Assembly: GCA_963708075.1 (NCBI GenBank) | Contig: OY970194.1 | Span: forward strand, 5,408,001 to 5,472,000 | Reading direction: 5' to 3' | From: Sedimentisphaerales bacterium | Lineage (GTDB): Bacteria > Planctomycetota > Phycisphaerae > Sedimentisphaerales > Anaerobacaceae | Length of the DNA: 64,000 nt | Shown here: piece after piece, positions 39,456 to 49,400 of the stretch | Position numbering within the stretch: position 1 is the first letter of the stretch | How the letters are laid out: each line of letters starts with the position of its first letter | Translations under genes and position numbers: made by a program | The notes under the pieces: generated by a model | What the model was told of the DNA's origin: nothing | The model's database searches: none | What the model saw: the letters and a program-made list of their open reading frames with translations, nothing else

Positions 39456-39656
39456 CTATCCTCCATTGTTGGATGGAGGCGTGGACTCATTTGTGTTGGA
39501 ACCTGGCGTGGAGCATGCATTCTTCTTCCATTCAGGCCAACTCTCGACAATTCTCCGAGCCTCAGCAAAGTGCGCAGGCTGCGATTGTTGGCTGGAGGCG
39601 GTTGTCCGGTTCCAAGCGAGCCCACCTTCCCTATTGCTTTCCTGCGGCTTGTCCAT
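39456..39656 (-). CDS. Small hypothetical protein (66 aa) overlapping the dCTP deaminase 3' end
   Basis: ATG preceded by a purine-rich tract (GGAGAGTGGAA); overlaps the upstream gene by 26 nt; helix-like core 'FAEARRIVESWPEWKKN'. Confidence 0.5.
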   Translation of the reverse strand: MDKPQESNREGGLAWNRTTASSQQSQPAHFAEARRIVESWPEWKKNACSTPGSNTNESTPPSNNGG

Positions 39657-41187
39657 TTCCACTCTCCAGTCCTTCCCGATATTCGGCGAATCTCTTTGTT
39701 GCCTCAGTCTCCTGCTCCAAGTAGGAGCAAGGGAGCATCTGTATTCTCACACAACTCTGGTCGCGCTGCCAGCGTAAAATATGACCATCGTTGTTTTTAC
39801 GCACAAGGTCGAATCCAGTGCTCAATCTCATCGAGAATAAGTCAAAGAACTTTCTAGGACCTATCCCGACGAATGGCTCGAACTTGACAAAGGTCGCATT
39901 AGAGCTTTTCCCGTCGGCAATTGCGTCGTCGTGAAATTCCATTGCTTTGCTCTTGGGATAGGGCTCTACGTACACAACCCGTGCAATTCCGGCGGCTATT
40001 ATGTGCTTTGCGCAGTTATGACATGGGAATGTCGTTGTATATAACGTCGCCCTGCGAGCACCCACAGTGTTCCGTGCACAGAAGAGTAGTGCCTCCATTT
40101 CAGCGTGTACCACACGTCCATATTCAGTAAGGTCTCCTATCCTGCTCTTCAGCAGCGCGGCATCGACCTTCGATTTATCGACGCTTTTGTCCAGTCGTCC
40201 CAGGATTTCCTCTACTATCTTCTGCTGCTCCTTCTTGTTTGAATCTTCACCTCTCTTGTAGTCTCGCCCGTTCTTAGCATCTTCGTATTCGTGTGTGTCC
40301 GGGTTCCATTTAGACCAATACAAGCCGCCTCCAGGTTTGGGGCAGTCATTAGCCCCTGTAGCAATAATCTCTTCGTTATTAGCTATTACAGCTCCTATTT
40401 GTCGTGACAGGTCCGCCGACCTCAGGGAAGAAGCGAACGCCATGAACATCGCGTATTCGTCAAAGGTAGGAGTGATGTACGGATTCCCGAAAATAAGGTC
40501 CAATATTCGCCACAAGCTGCTTTTCCAGCAACGGTCGTCATCATCCAGATTGATGAAGAAGTCCGCCAAGTGAAATGTGTCACGCGTGTGTTGACCGTGC
40601 CCCTCCACCTCATCCTCATCCCTTGTGATTAGCTCTTCCGCCTTAGCCGGATCTACATTCTTCTCCCCTGTCAGGTAGTCTCGACGGCTCTGCTTGCCGG
40701 AGTATACTCCGATAAGATAGAAGCCGTCTGTGTAGACGCGTCGGAGACGCCTCACCTCCTCGGGATGCTTCAATGAATCCACTATATAAGCAATGCGGGG
40801 TCGAGGCTTAACATTCTCCTGTTCGTCATGATCTCTCTCACGGAATACTTCTGAACAGATTCCTAGAGCAAGAATGGAGTTGTCGCCTGAAGACTTACGC
40901 GCTTGATTGCCTCGATCGATATATGTACTTACACGATCGAACTCCGACGAGAATTCCGGAGGGATATCGCTGTAAAGGGTTCCAATCACATGTTGAGACA
41001 CACGGATTTCCCTAACATGGTAGTTGAAGACACGAAGCCTATCAGTGATGGCCTCAACCACTCGCTTTTGTTGAGTACCCACCGCACCTACGAGGCCAAT
41101 CACAAGTTCCGTATCTGTGTACCTACCCTCGAACGATTTGTGAATATGGTCGTCTGAAGTACGAATGGTGCTCGCATTCTCACACAA
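39631..41187 (-). CDS. Anti-phage dCTP deaminase (Dcd/AvcD-like; kinase-like domain + Zn deaminase)
   Basis: 'ELVIGLVGAVGT', 'DSLKHPEEV', 'ADFFI', 'RSADLSRQIGAVI', 'HAEMEAL', 'TTFPCHNCAKHII', 'EPYPKS'; TTG start 8 nt after GGAGG; AT-richer than its flanks. Confidence 0.9.
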   Translation of the reverse strand: MCENASTIRTSDDHIHKSFEGRYTDTELVIGLVGAVGTQQKRVVEAITDRLRVFNYHVREIRVSQHVIGTLYSDIPPEFSSEFDRVSTYIDRGNQARKSSGDNSILALGICSEVFRERDHDEQENVKPRPRIAYIVDSLKHPEEVRRLRRVYTDGFYLIGVYSGKQSRRDYLTGEKNVDPAKAEELITRDEDEVEGHGQHTRDTFHLADFFINLDDDDRCWKSSLWRILDLIFGNPYITPTFDEYAMFMAFASSLRSADLSRQIGAVIANNEEIIATGANDCPKPGGGLYWSKWNPDTHEYEDAKNGRDYKRGEDSNKKEQQKIVEEILGRLDKSVDKSKVDAALLKSRIGDLTEYGRVVHAEMEALLFCARNTVGARRATLYTTTFPCHNCAKHIIAAGIARVVYVEPYPKSKAMEFHDDAIADGKSSNATFVKFEPFVGIGPRKFFDLFSMRLSTGFDLVRKNNDGHILRWQRDQSCVRIQMLPCSYLEQETEATKRFAEYREGLESGNGQAAGKQ

Positions 41188-41275
41188 GATAGATCCCTCC
41201 AATCAACGCACCTCTAATGACCACAGGTTCTGTCAACCCAAACGCAAGGCCACGAAAGTCACTGTTACCAGTAAG

Positions 41276-41304
41276 AATATACCCAGAATTGCGCGACAAT
41301 ACAA
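41276..41304 (-). promoter_or_regulatory. Sigma70-like promoter for the dCTP deaminase
   Basis: Minus strand TTGTAT-17 nt-TATATT, about 90 nt upstream of the start codon. Confidence 0.55.
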
Positions 41305-41352
41305 GTGTGAAATTGGGTTGTGAACAGAAGCTGTGGTGGCACAATCTGCGCG

Positions 41353-41856
41353 CTAATGGCGAAGGAACAGGCGGAGGAGGGCCATGATCACGGCGAGGCC
41401 TACCTCAACGTAGTAGGTGATGTCCGCGTTCTGGTCGTTCGTGCCCACATCCGTCATTGAGCTGGTCCGCATCTGAGCCAAGGCGATTTGCTGATCGATG
41501 TCCGTGGGTTGGACCTTCTTTACCCTGGGAAAGATCTCCAGCTCGCCGGGGTCGAACCACATCATCTGACACTGCCGGCACAGGTCCAGGCGCAGCGATT
41601 GGTCCTCGTGGCGGGCGACAAACTCCCTGAGCGCACGCGAACATGACGGGCACTTATGAGGGGAAGGCTCGCTGGCGTCCATGGCCTTGCGCCAGAAATC
41701 CCGGACCACATCTTCCGCCAGTTGCCTGCGAAGAACCGTGAGATTAGCCGCGACGCCGGAACACTGGGGACATCGCCACAAGCCGCCGTGAAGATGCTTC
41801 TCCAGGTTGAGCGGCTTGCCGCACCGCGGACACAACATGGGCTGCAGTTGCATCAT
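41353..41856 (-). CDS. Double zinc-ribbon (zf-TFIIB-like) protein with C-terminal TM helix
   Basis: CPRC/CPQC and CPSC/'LDLCRQCQMMWFDPGEL'; RBS AGGAG. Confidence 0.75.
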   Translation of the reverse strand: MMQLQPMLCPRCGKPLNLEKHLHGGLWRCPQCSGVAANLTVLRRQLAEDVVRDFWRKAMDASEPSPHKCPSCSRALREFVARHEDQSLRLDLCRQCQMMWFDPGELEIFPRVKKVQPTDIDQQIALAQMRTSSMTDVGTNDQNADITYYVEVGLAVIMALLRLFLRH

Positions 41857-41931
41857 CTCCTGTCCTCGATACCAATGACAAGCCCATTCTGCCGGTATCG
41901 GCTCAGCCTGTCAAGCCGCGCGGTCTTGAAC

Positions 41932-44672
41932 TCACAGCAGGTTGCCGTCGGCGTCGACGTAGCGGATTTCGCCCATGCCCAAAGCTCTGATGGACTCCTC
42001 GATCTTCGCCTTGTCGCCAACGATTACCCAGACGAGCGAGCCCGGCTTGATCACGCGTTTGGCGGCGTCCTGGACAGCATCCACTTTCATGCCCTGGATT
42101 TTCGCGGGGTACTCCTGGTAGTAGGTGTCCGGCAAGCCGTATTGCACGATCTGCTCGACCGATCCGGCGACCTGGCCGATGGTCTCCCAGGAGCCGGGCA
42201 GACCAAGCACGACATTGGACTGCGTTTTGGTGAATTCCTCCGGCGTGGGCGGCTTGTCACCGGCGATCGCTTGCAGCTCGTTCCGGATCTCCCGCATGGA
42301 GTCCGCCGTCTTGTCGCCTTGGACGGAGCTGAGCACGATGTACATCCGCTGTCCCTTGGCGTCCACGATGAGGCTCGTGGCGCCGTACGACCAGTGCTTG
42401 CCCTCGCGCAGGTTCATGTTCACGCGCGACGTGAAGTCGCCGCCGAGGATGTTGTTCATCAGTTGGATGGGCTCTTCATAGGGGTTGCGCGCGGCAGGGT
42501 GAGGAAGCCGGCGAAGATGATGGACTGCTGCGAGCCCGGCCGGTCCACGATGTAGACCTCCGGCTTCGGCTTATCCGCCACCTCCGCAAGGTTCTTCGCG
42601 GGGACCTCGCCCCTCGTCCAGTTCTTGAACAGTCTCTCCAGCCGGGGCTTGATTTCCGCCAATGTAATGTCGCCCGTAATGACCAGCGTCGCGTTGTTAG
42701 GCTTGAACCATATCTTGTGGAAATTCGCCAGTTGTTCCCGCGTCATCGCGGACACAGTTTTCTCAGTGCCCGAGCCCGTCAGGGGACAGCCGTAAGCGTG
42801 GTCACGGCCGTACAACAGCCCGGGAAATACGCGCAACGCCATCGCCACCGGCATCACCTTCTCCCGCTGAATCCGCGCCAACGTTTGCTGCTGGAGCCGC
42901 TTGAACTCCTGCTCCGGGAACGACGGATTCAGCACGACGTCCGCAAGCAGCTCCAGCGAGGGGTCCAGCTTCTCCTTCAGCGTGTTCAGGTTGATGATGC
43001 AGACATCGAGTTGGGCGCCCGTGTCCAGCGAGGAGCCGAGCATTTGGAGCTGCTCGCTGATCTGCAGCGAGGTCCGCGTTTTGGTGCCCTCATCGAGCAT
43101 ATCCATGGCCAGGCTTGCAGCGCCCGCGGCGGCAGAACTGTCGGCGGCGTAACCGGCATCCACCAGCAGGCGAAGATCGACGACCGGGACGCTGTGCCGC
43201 TGGGCCAGGACCAGTTTCAGGCCGTTCGACAGCTCAGCGCGTTCGATATCCGGAAACTGCGCCTGCGGCGGGGTCCCCGGTGACGGCAGCTTCGAGCGGT
43301 CAACGTTTGAAGCCGTGGCGCTCGTCGGCGGGTATGGTGTGATGCTCAGAACATAGTCGCCGTCGCCGAGCCACTTGACGGCCGTGTTCTTCAGATCGGC
43401 GGCGGTCGCCTTCTGTATCCGGTCAAGGGTGGTCTTGTAGTAGTCAGGCGAGCCGCCATAAACCATATTGGTCGCGAGGATATCCGATTTGCCGCCGAAG
43501 CCGCCGATACGCTCGATGCCTCGGATGAACGAGGCCCGGTATTGGTTCTTGATCCTCGTCAGCTCCGCGGCGGTCGGGCCGCCGGTGAGGAACTTCTGCA
43601 GCTCTTCATCCACAGCTTTTTCCACGCGGCTCAGCTCGACGCCGGGTTTGGCCGTGGCGGTGATCTCGAACAGCCCCGCGATCTCATAGAGCCCGGCGTC
43701 CGCGCTGACATCCGTGGCGATCTGGTCTTCATAGACCAGCCGCTTGTAGAGGCGCGAGTTCTTGCCGGAGGCCAGCACATCGGCGACGAGGCTCAGGTAA
43801 TCACCCTCCGCGGAGCCCCACTGCGGGATATTCCAAACCCGGTAGATGCGGGCCTGGGGCACGCGGTCCTGCGCCGTCTGGCGATGGGTGCCGGTGCGCT
43901 TGGCGATCCACACTTGGTGCTCGGAGGTCGGCGGCCCGGCGGGGATGTCGCCGAAGTATTGCTTCACCTTGTCCAGCGCCGCCTGGGCGGTGATGTCGCC
44001 GGCCACCGCCAGCACAGCATTATTAGGACCGTAATGGGTCTTAAACCATTCCTTTACGTCCGGCAGCGAGGCGTTGTTCAGGTCCTCCATGGAGCCGATC
44101 ACCGTCCAGGAATAGGGATGGCCTTTGGGAAAGCACGCCGTCTGGATCATCTCGTCCGAGATGGCGTAGGGCTGGTTCTCCTTCTGGCGTTTCTCGTTCT
44201 GGACGACCCCGCGCTGCTCGTCGAGTTTCTCCTGCTTGATCGCCCCAAGCAAGTGCCCCATCCGGTCCGACTCCAGCCACATCGCGATGTCCAGCGCGGA
44301 GGTTGGCACGTTCTGGAAGTAGTTCGTGCGGTCGTACGCTGTAGTGCCGTTAAGGTCGGTGGCGCCGATCCGCTCCATTGCCTGGAAGTAATCGTCGTCG
44401 TAATTCTCCGAACCGTTGAACATCAGGTGCTCGAAAAGATGGGCGAACCCGGTCTTGCCCGGCTTCTCGTTCTTCGAGCCGACGTGATACCAGATATTGA
44501 CGGCAACGATCGGCGCCTTGTGGTCTTCGTGCACCAGCAGCGTCAGGCCGTTGTCGAGCACGAATTTCTCGTAGGGAATGTCGATTTCGGCTGCCCTTGC
44601 GGCCAGTGCCGACGCCATCGACAGGACCACCACGCACGCAAGGAGCCTCGCAACGGATTGTCGTGTATGCAT
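41932..44672 (-). CDS. M16 family zinc metallopeptidase (pitrilysin/PqqL-like), secreted (frameshift at about 42488)
   Basis: Inverted Zn motif 'GFAHLFEHLMFNGS'; 'NGTT..DRTNYF'; C-terminal 'NNILGG.FTSR.NMNLRE.K.WSYG'. Confidence 0.9.
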
Positions 44673-45054
44673 ACGCTTCTCCAAACCCAAATACCCCGTA
44701 CTCCGGACGGGGTTTTCCAGACTCCGCTTGGGACTCATGCGTCCCAAGCTCGCGCGGCCGGCCCCAAAGCCGGTCGCCACGTATCTTAGCCCAACGTATC
44801 CTATAAATGCAACCCCTTATTTGAGCTAAGTTTACATCGCACGCACAGCACACATGCCGGCTGGAGGGTGGCAGCAGCAGGCGCAGCCCCCCTCCTGAGC
44901 TTGTCGCAGGATTGCCGATGGTCGTTCTTACATACGCTACGGCTGCCCGGATATTTCGTCACGCACCCGGAATTTGCGAACCGGTGACACGCAGGCTCAG
45001 TATATCCAAACGGCCGAAGGCTGAAGAGTCACGGCCAGTGTCACCGGCAGTTCA

Positions 45055-45171
45055 TTGAAAGGGAAACTCGACGTGAATGACCATGACGAACGCGGGCTGC
45101 TGGGCCTTGACTTCCACCCTGGATTCGCCAAACCCGGCAGCCCCGCCTCTGGCCGCGGGGACACATATTGA
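45055..45171 (+). pseudogene. Fragment of a glucose/sorbosone dehydrogenase (PQQ-dependent) gene
   Basis: Reads 'KLDVNDHDERGLLGLDFHPGFAKPGSP', matching the ERGLLG.AFHP signature; isolated 38-codon piece. Confidence 0.55.
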
Positions 45172-45393
45172 TCAAAGGGACAGGACAAGACCATGAGGGC
45201 GAGGCCCATGTACGGGCGACCTCGGCTCTGGGACCTTATGGCGCCGTCCTCAAGAGGGTCCACCTGTCCGACAATCGATGATGCACGAGCGTAACGTCAG
45301 ATCAACACTCGTTGCACGCGAAGGCTGCGACTTCGCTCGCAGCCTTCTTCTATTGATAGGGTGCCATGCAGACCTTCGCCACCTGTCCCGGCT

Positions 45394-45487
45394 GGGTGGC
45401 AGCGGCAAGCGCCGGCTTGCCCATGGCGTCTGTGTATGGCCCGAAACCATCGGCAAGCTCCGCAGACTCCGCTTGCCGCTGCCACCC
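45394..45487. repeat. GGGTGGCA-type REP-like inverted doublet
   Basis: Nearly identical to 13595-13688. Confidence 0.9.
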
Positions 45488-45645
45488 GAACTTGATGCTT
45501 GCTTGGCCTTTATTCTGTCGTGCATCTGCGGGCTTTTCGCGCGCGGATTTTTCTACAGTCATGACCCCGGCGTGGACGATGGTAGTCAGGCACAACACCG
45601 TCGTGTCGATGCCAGAGAAATGAACATCGCATGGGGGTTAGAAAG

Positions 45646-46464
45646 ATGTTGTCCCGAACGTTTGCCGCAGCGCTCCTGCCTGCTGTGGTTTCGGTCTTTT
45701 TGCTCATCGCCGGTTGCGGCACACTGGAGAACGGCAGGGGGTGGGGGCAGGATGCTCCTTGGCCGATAGACGGGCAGCGGGTCGCTCAAGCTGCATACGA
45801 TGCGTTCTTGAGTCCCGGCACCCTCGTACCGCTGACCGGGGCGCTGGCCATCAGGATCGATAACGTCGATCAGCGGCTCTCCGATTGGGCGGTGGATCAC
45901 ACCCCGGTTTTCGGGTCCCCGTCTCACGCCGGCATCATGAGCGATTACCTGCGCGATGCGCTGATCCTGGAGGCGATCGGCCTGCCCCTGGTGACTCCGA
46001 GCGGCGACACCCTGGAAGAATGGGCGCCGGCGAAATTGCAGGGCTATGCAGTGGAACTCGGCGCGATCGGTGCGACGGGCGCCGCGACGGAAGCGCTCAA
46101 AATCGGGATGCACCGGCATCGCCCGGACGGAGCCGATGACATGAGCTTCCCATCGGGCCATACCTCTGCGGCATTCTCCTGTGCGACTCTGGCCAACCGC
46201 AATCTTGAATCCATCGATGCCTTGGAAGATGTCCGGCCCGCGCTCGAGGTCGCCAATACGGTCCTGGCGGCCGGCGTCGGCTGGGCCCGCGTGGAGGCGG
46301 GAAAGCATTATCCCTCGGACGTGCTCTTCGGCGCCGCCCTCGGACACTTCCTCACCGCCTTCATCCACGATGCCTTCATGAACCTGCCCACAGACAGTAA
46401 GATTGATTTCGACTTCTTCCCCGTCGAGAACGGGGCCGGCATCGAGCTGGCCTTCCGCTTCTGA
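45646..46464 (+). CDS. PAP2 superfamily phosphatase, predicted lipoprotein
   Basis: Lipobox 'IAGC'; 'K....R.RP', 'SFPSGH', 'ARVEAGKHYPSDV'. Confidence 0.88.
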   Translation: MLSRTFAAALLPAVVSVFLLIAGCGTLENGRGWGQDAPWPIDGQRVAQAAYDAFLSPGTLVPLTGALAIRIDNVDQRLSDWAVDHTPVFGSPSHAGIMSDYLRDALILEAIGLPLVTPSGDTLEEWAPAKLQGYAVELGAIGATGAATEALKIGMHRHRPDGADDMSFPSGHTSAAFSCATLANRNLESIDALEDVRPALEVANTVLAAGVGWARVEAGKHYPSDVLFGAALGHFLTAFIHDAFMNLPTDSKIDFDFFPVENGAGIELAFRF

Positions 46465-46606
46465 TCCAGCCTCCGCTGCAACTCGCTCAGTGACCACGCG
46501 CCACCAGCCCTCGCCGCAGAATCTTCTCATCGCCCGGTCTTCGACGGGAGCCGGAGGCCATGTCTTTCCCACGCAGAACCTTGAGCCCCGATACCGCGCT
46601 CGGCCA

Positions 46607-46678
46607 TGTCATTCCCACGCAGGTGGGAATCCACGTGCGCCGCGGCGTTCCTGGACCCCTGCTTTCGCAGGGGTGACA
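46607..46678. repeat. TGTCATTCCC...GGGTGACA palindromic element
   Basis: ATTCCCACGCAGGTGGGAAT hairpin and inverted partner ACCCCTGCTTTCGCAGGGGT; its first ~20 nt are duplicated at 46556-46576. Confidence 0.75.
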
Positions 46679-46907
46679 ACAGAGAGACCCACAACCGCCA
46701 TTCTGTTAGAGGCTCTGAGGCAGGAGGGGAGGTCTTATGCTCCTACCTTCTTACGTTCTCACCTTCTTCGCATCTCTGCGTCCCTGCGTCTCTGCACGAG
46801 ATGATTCTTCCGTTGGCTGGGGCGGCGGTACAGGGTTTTCCTGGTTGGGAAATCTGGTATGCTGGCGGAGAATACGATGGATTGTGTACGGTAAGGGGAT
46901 TTGACTT

Positions 46908-47894
46908 ATGGCGCGACTTCGGCTCAGGACGGCAGAGGGTGTGCGGCTGGCGGGCATGTTGGGGGTGGCGATTCTGTTGTGCGGGTCGTGCGTGCCCGGC
47001 GGGTCGAACAAGGACTATGCGGGGCCTGAGGAACGGTCCTGTGCGCTACTGGCCTACTACAGCTATCCGCAGCGGGCCATGGAGCCCGTGATTCAGGTAA
47101 AGAAGCAGAAGAAGGGCTACGACATCCTGCGGATTACATTTGCCTCGATCATCAACGTGTTCGGGAACGAGAACATCCGCGTGGACTACTACGTCGGCAA
47201 GGGGCCGGGACGGCGGCCGACGGTGCTCATGCTGCCGATCTCGGGCGGCGTGGACATCTCCGTCACGAGCTTCGCGGACTACTTCACGCCGCGGGGCATC
47301 AACTGCGCCATCGTGTACAATCGCGAGGTGGAGATCGAGGACACGAACAGCGCCGAGCAGGTCGAGGCGTACTTCCGTCAGACCGTGCTCGACAATCGGC
47401 AAGTGCTCGATTACCTGGTCACCCGGCCCGACGTCGATCCCAATCGGCTCGGCTGCATGGGCCTGAGCCTCGGCGGCATCAAGGCCAGCCTCCTGGCGGG
47501 CGTCGATAAACGGGTCAAGTGCGCCGTGCTCGGGCTGGCCGGCGGGAGCATGGCCGACATCGCGATGAACTCCAAAGAGAAGCGGCTTGAGGACTACGTC
47601 AAGTACCTGCAGAAAATCGGGGCTCCCGCGGAGATGATTCACTCGGAGCTGCAAGAGAAGGTCCGGACCGATCCGCTGCAACTGGGGCCGTACGTGGACG
47701 CGCGGGACACCTTGATGTTCGTCGCCGCCTTCGATCAGGTGGTGCCCACCTGGACGGGCAACCAACTGCGCCAGACCATCGGCGGGCCAAAGACGGTCTA
47801 TCTGCTCGCGGGCCACTACACGTCGTTTCTCTTTCTGCCCTATGCGCATCGGGAATCACTGTCCTTCGTCAAGAAGAAATTCAGCATGGAGTGA
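46908..47894 (+). CDS. Alpha/beta hydrolase (serine hydrolase), probably exported
   Basis: Nucleophile elbow 'GLSLGG', 'FDQVVP', 'AGHY'; hydrophobic N-terminus with Cys. Confidence 0.82.
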   Translation: MARLRLRTAEGVRLAGMLGVAILLCGSCVPGGSNKDYAGPEERSCALLAYYSYPQRAMEPVIQVKKQKKGYDILRITFASIINVFGNENIRVDYYVGKGPGRRPTVLMLPISGGVDISVTSFADYFTPRGINCAIVYNREVEIEDTNSAEQVEAYFRQTVLDNRQVLDYLVTRPDVDPNRLGCMGLSLGGIKASLLAGVDKRVKCAVLGLAGGSMADIAMNSKEKRLEDYVKYLQKIGAPAEMIHSELQEKVRTDPLQLGPYVDARDTLMFVAAFDQVVPTWTGNQLRQTIGGPKTVYLLAGHYTSFLFLPYAHRESLSFVKKKFSME

Positions 47895-47938
47895 CCGGCG
47901 TGCACGATACGATTGTGGCAGAGCAGACACGAAGTTCC

Positions 47939-48019
47939 GGGTGGCGGCGGCAAGCGCCGGCTTGCCGATGGTTTGTCCATCCGCCATCGGCAAAGCCTTC
48001 GGCCTTGCCAGTGCCACCC
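47939..48019. repeat. GGGTGGC-type REP-like inverted doublet
   Basis: Close to the reverse complement of 24097-24177. Confidence 0.85.
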
Positions 48020-48089
48020 GGATGATGCCAACAGACATGGCCTGCAAGGCTTGGCGATAGCCGGCGAGAGTCGAAGAGGAGAATGTGTG

Positions 48090-49271
48090 ATGTTCAATCG
48101 GGTGCTCATTCTGACGGTCGATATCGGCGGCGGGCATACGCGGGCGGCCCGGGCGCTGGAGGCCGCCTTTGGCCGGCTCGGCGCCGCGCGCGAAGTCCGC
48201 GTCGTCGATACGCTCGAGTACATCAACAAGCTCTTCCGCAAGCTCTTTCTAAAGGCGTACTTCGACATAATCAAGAGCGCGCCGGAGCTCTACGGCTGGT
48301 TCTATGAGCACTTCAACAAGCCGTGGCAGAACCAGCGCCTGCGCAACATCTTCGACAAGCTCAACACCCGGTCCATCCTCAAACTGCTGGAGCAGACGCG
48401 GCCGGACTTGATCATCTGCACCCACGTGCTGCCCGCCGGAATCATTTCGTGGCTGACGGAGAAGCAACGTGTCGCCATGCCGCAGGTCATCGTCACTACC
48501 GACTTCGACGTGCACTCCATGTGGCTGGTGGAGCACTGCGAGCACTACTTCGTTGCCATCGACGAGACGAAGCTGCACCTGGAGGCGATTGGCGTACCGG
48601 CGAGCAAAGTCACGGCTACCGGCATTCCCATCGACCCGGTCTTCGCCGAGGATCAGGACAAGGCGGAGGCACGAAGGGAACTTGGTCTTGACCCGGACCT
48701 CACGACGATCCTGGTCACAGGGGGCAGCCTGGGCTTAGGCCCCATCGAGCAGCTCGTCCAATCGTTGCAGAACCTGAAGGTCCCCGTGCAGATCGTTGTC
48801 ATCTGCGGCTATAATGAGTCGCTAACGACTGGCCTGGAAAAGGTCGTCTGCGCCGGTTCGCCGGCCGGCCGGGTGAAGACAGCCTGCATTGGCTGGACCG
48901 ATCGCATGCACATATACATGTCTGCCGCGGACCTCATCGTCGGCAAGACCGGCGGCCTGACCACATCCGAGGCTTTGGCCAAGGGCCTGCCCTTTCTGGT
49001 GGTCAACCCTATCCAGGGTCAGGAGCAGCGAAACGCCGACCATCTGCTCGAAGAATGTGCGGCGATCCGGTGCAACAGCTTTCCCGTCCTGGCCTATAAG
49101 GTGGAGCAACTGCTGGCCGACAAGGATCGCCTGGCCCGCATGCGGGCAAACGCCCGGCGTTTGGCCCGGCCCCACGCCGCGTTGGATACCGTCCGCAAGC
49201 TCCTGGCGATCCAGGCCGACCGACTTGCCCTCGCGCCGTCTCCAGCGGGAGCAGCGCCGGAGCCGGTCTGA
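48090..49271 (+). CDS. MGDG-synthase/UgtP-like glycosyltransferase (GT28)
   Basis: 'GGGH.RAA', 'TDFDVHSMW', 'TGIPI', 'KTGGLTTSEAL', 'PIQGQE.RNA'. Confidence 0.9.
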   Translation: MFNRVLILTVDIGGGHTRAARALEAAFGRLGAAREVRVVDTLEYINKLFRKLFLKAYFDIIKSAPELYGWFYEHFNKPWQNQRLRNIFDKLNTRSILKLLEQTRPDLIICTHVLPAGIISWLTEKQRVAMPQVIVTTDFDVHSMWLVEHCEHYFVAIDETKLHLEAIGVPASKVTATGIPIDPVFAEDQDKAEARRELGLDPDLTTILVTGGSLGLGPIEQLVQSLQNLKVPVQIVVICGYNESLTTGLEKVVCAGSPAGRVKTACIGWTDRMHIYMSAADLIVGKTGGLTTSEALAKGLPFLVVNPIQGQEQRNADHLLEECAAIRCNSFPVLAYKVEQLLADKDRLARMRANARRLARPHAALDTVRKLLAIQADRLALAPSPAGAAPEPV

Positions 49272-49400
49272 GGCGCGCTGTCAGGGACCAACACAAATGA
49301 TGGCTTGCATTGCCGCCCTACCCGACCGATAATGGCGGCGTACGAGAGTAGCCGCGTGGATGCGGCTGCAATGAGTCCTGATGCTTAGGGGGGAAGACAT

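Noticed and set aside
39360..39857. Alternative small ORFs near the deaminase end (39360..39857 +, 39407..39625 -, 39448..39777 +)
   Set aside because: No convincing RBS or protein-like features; 39456..39656 (-) is better supported
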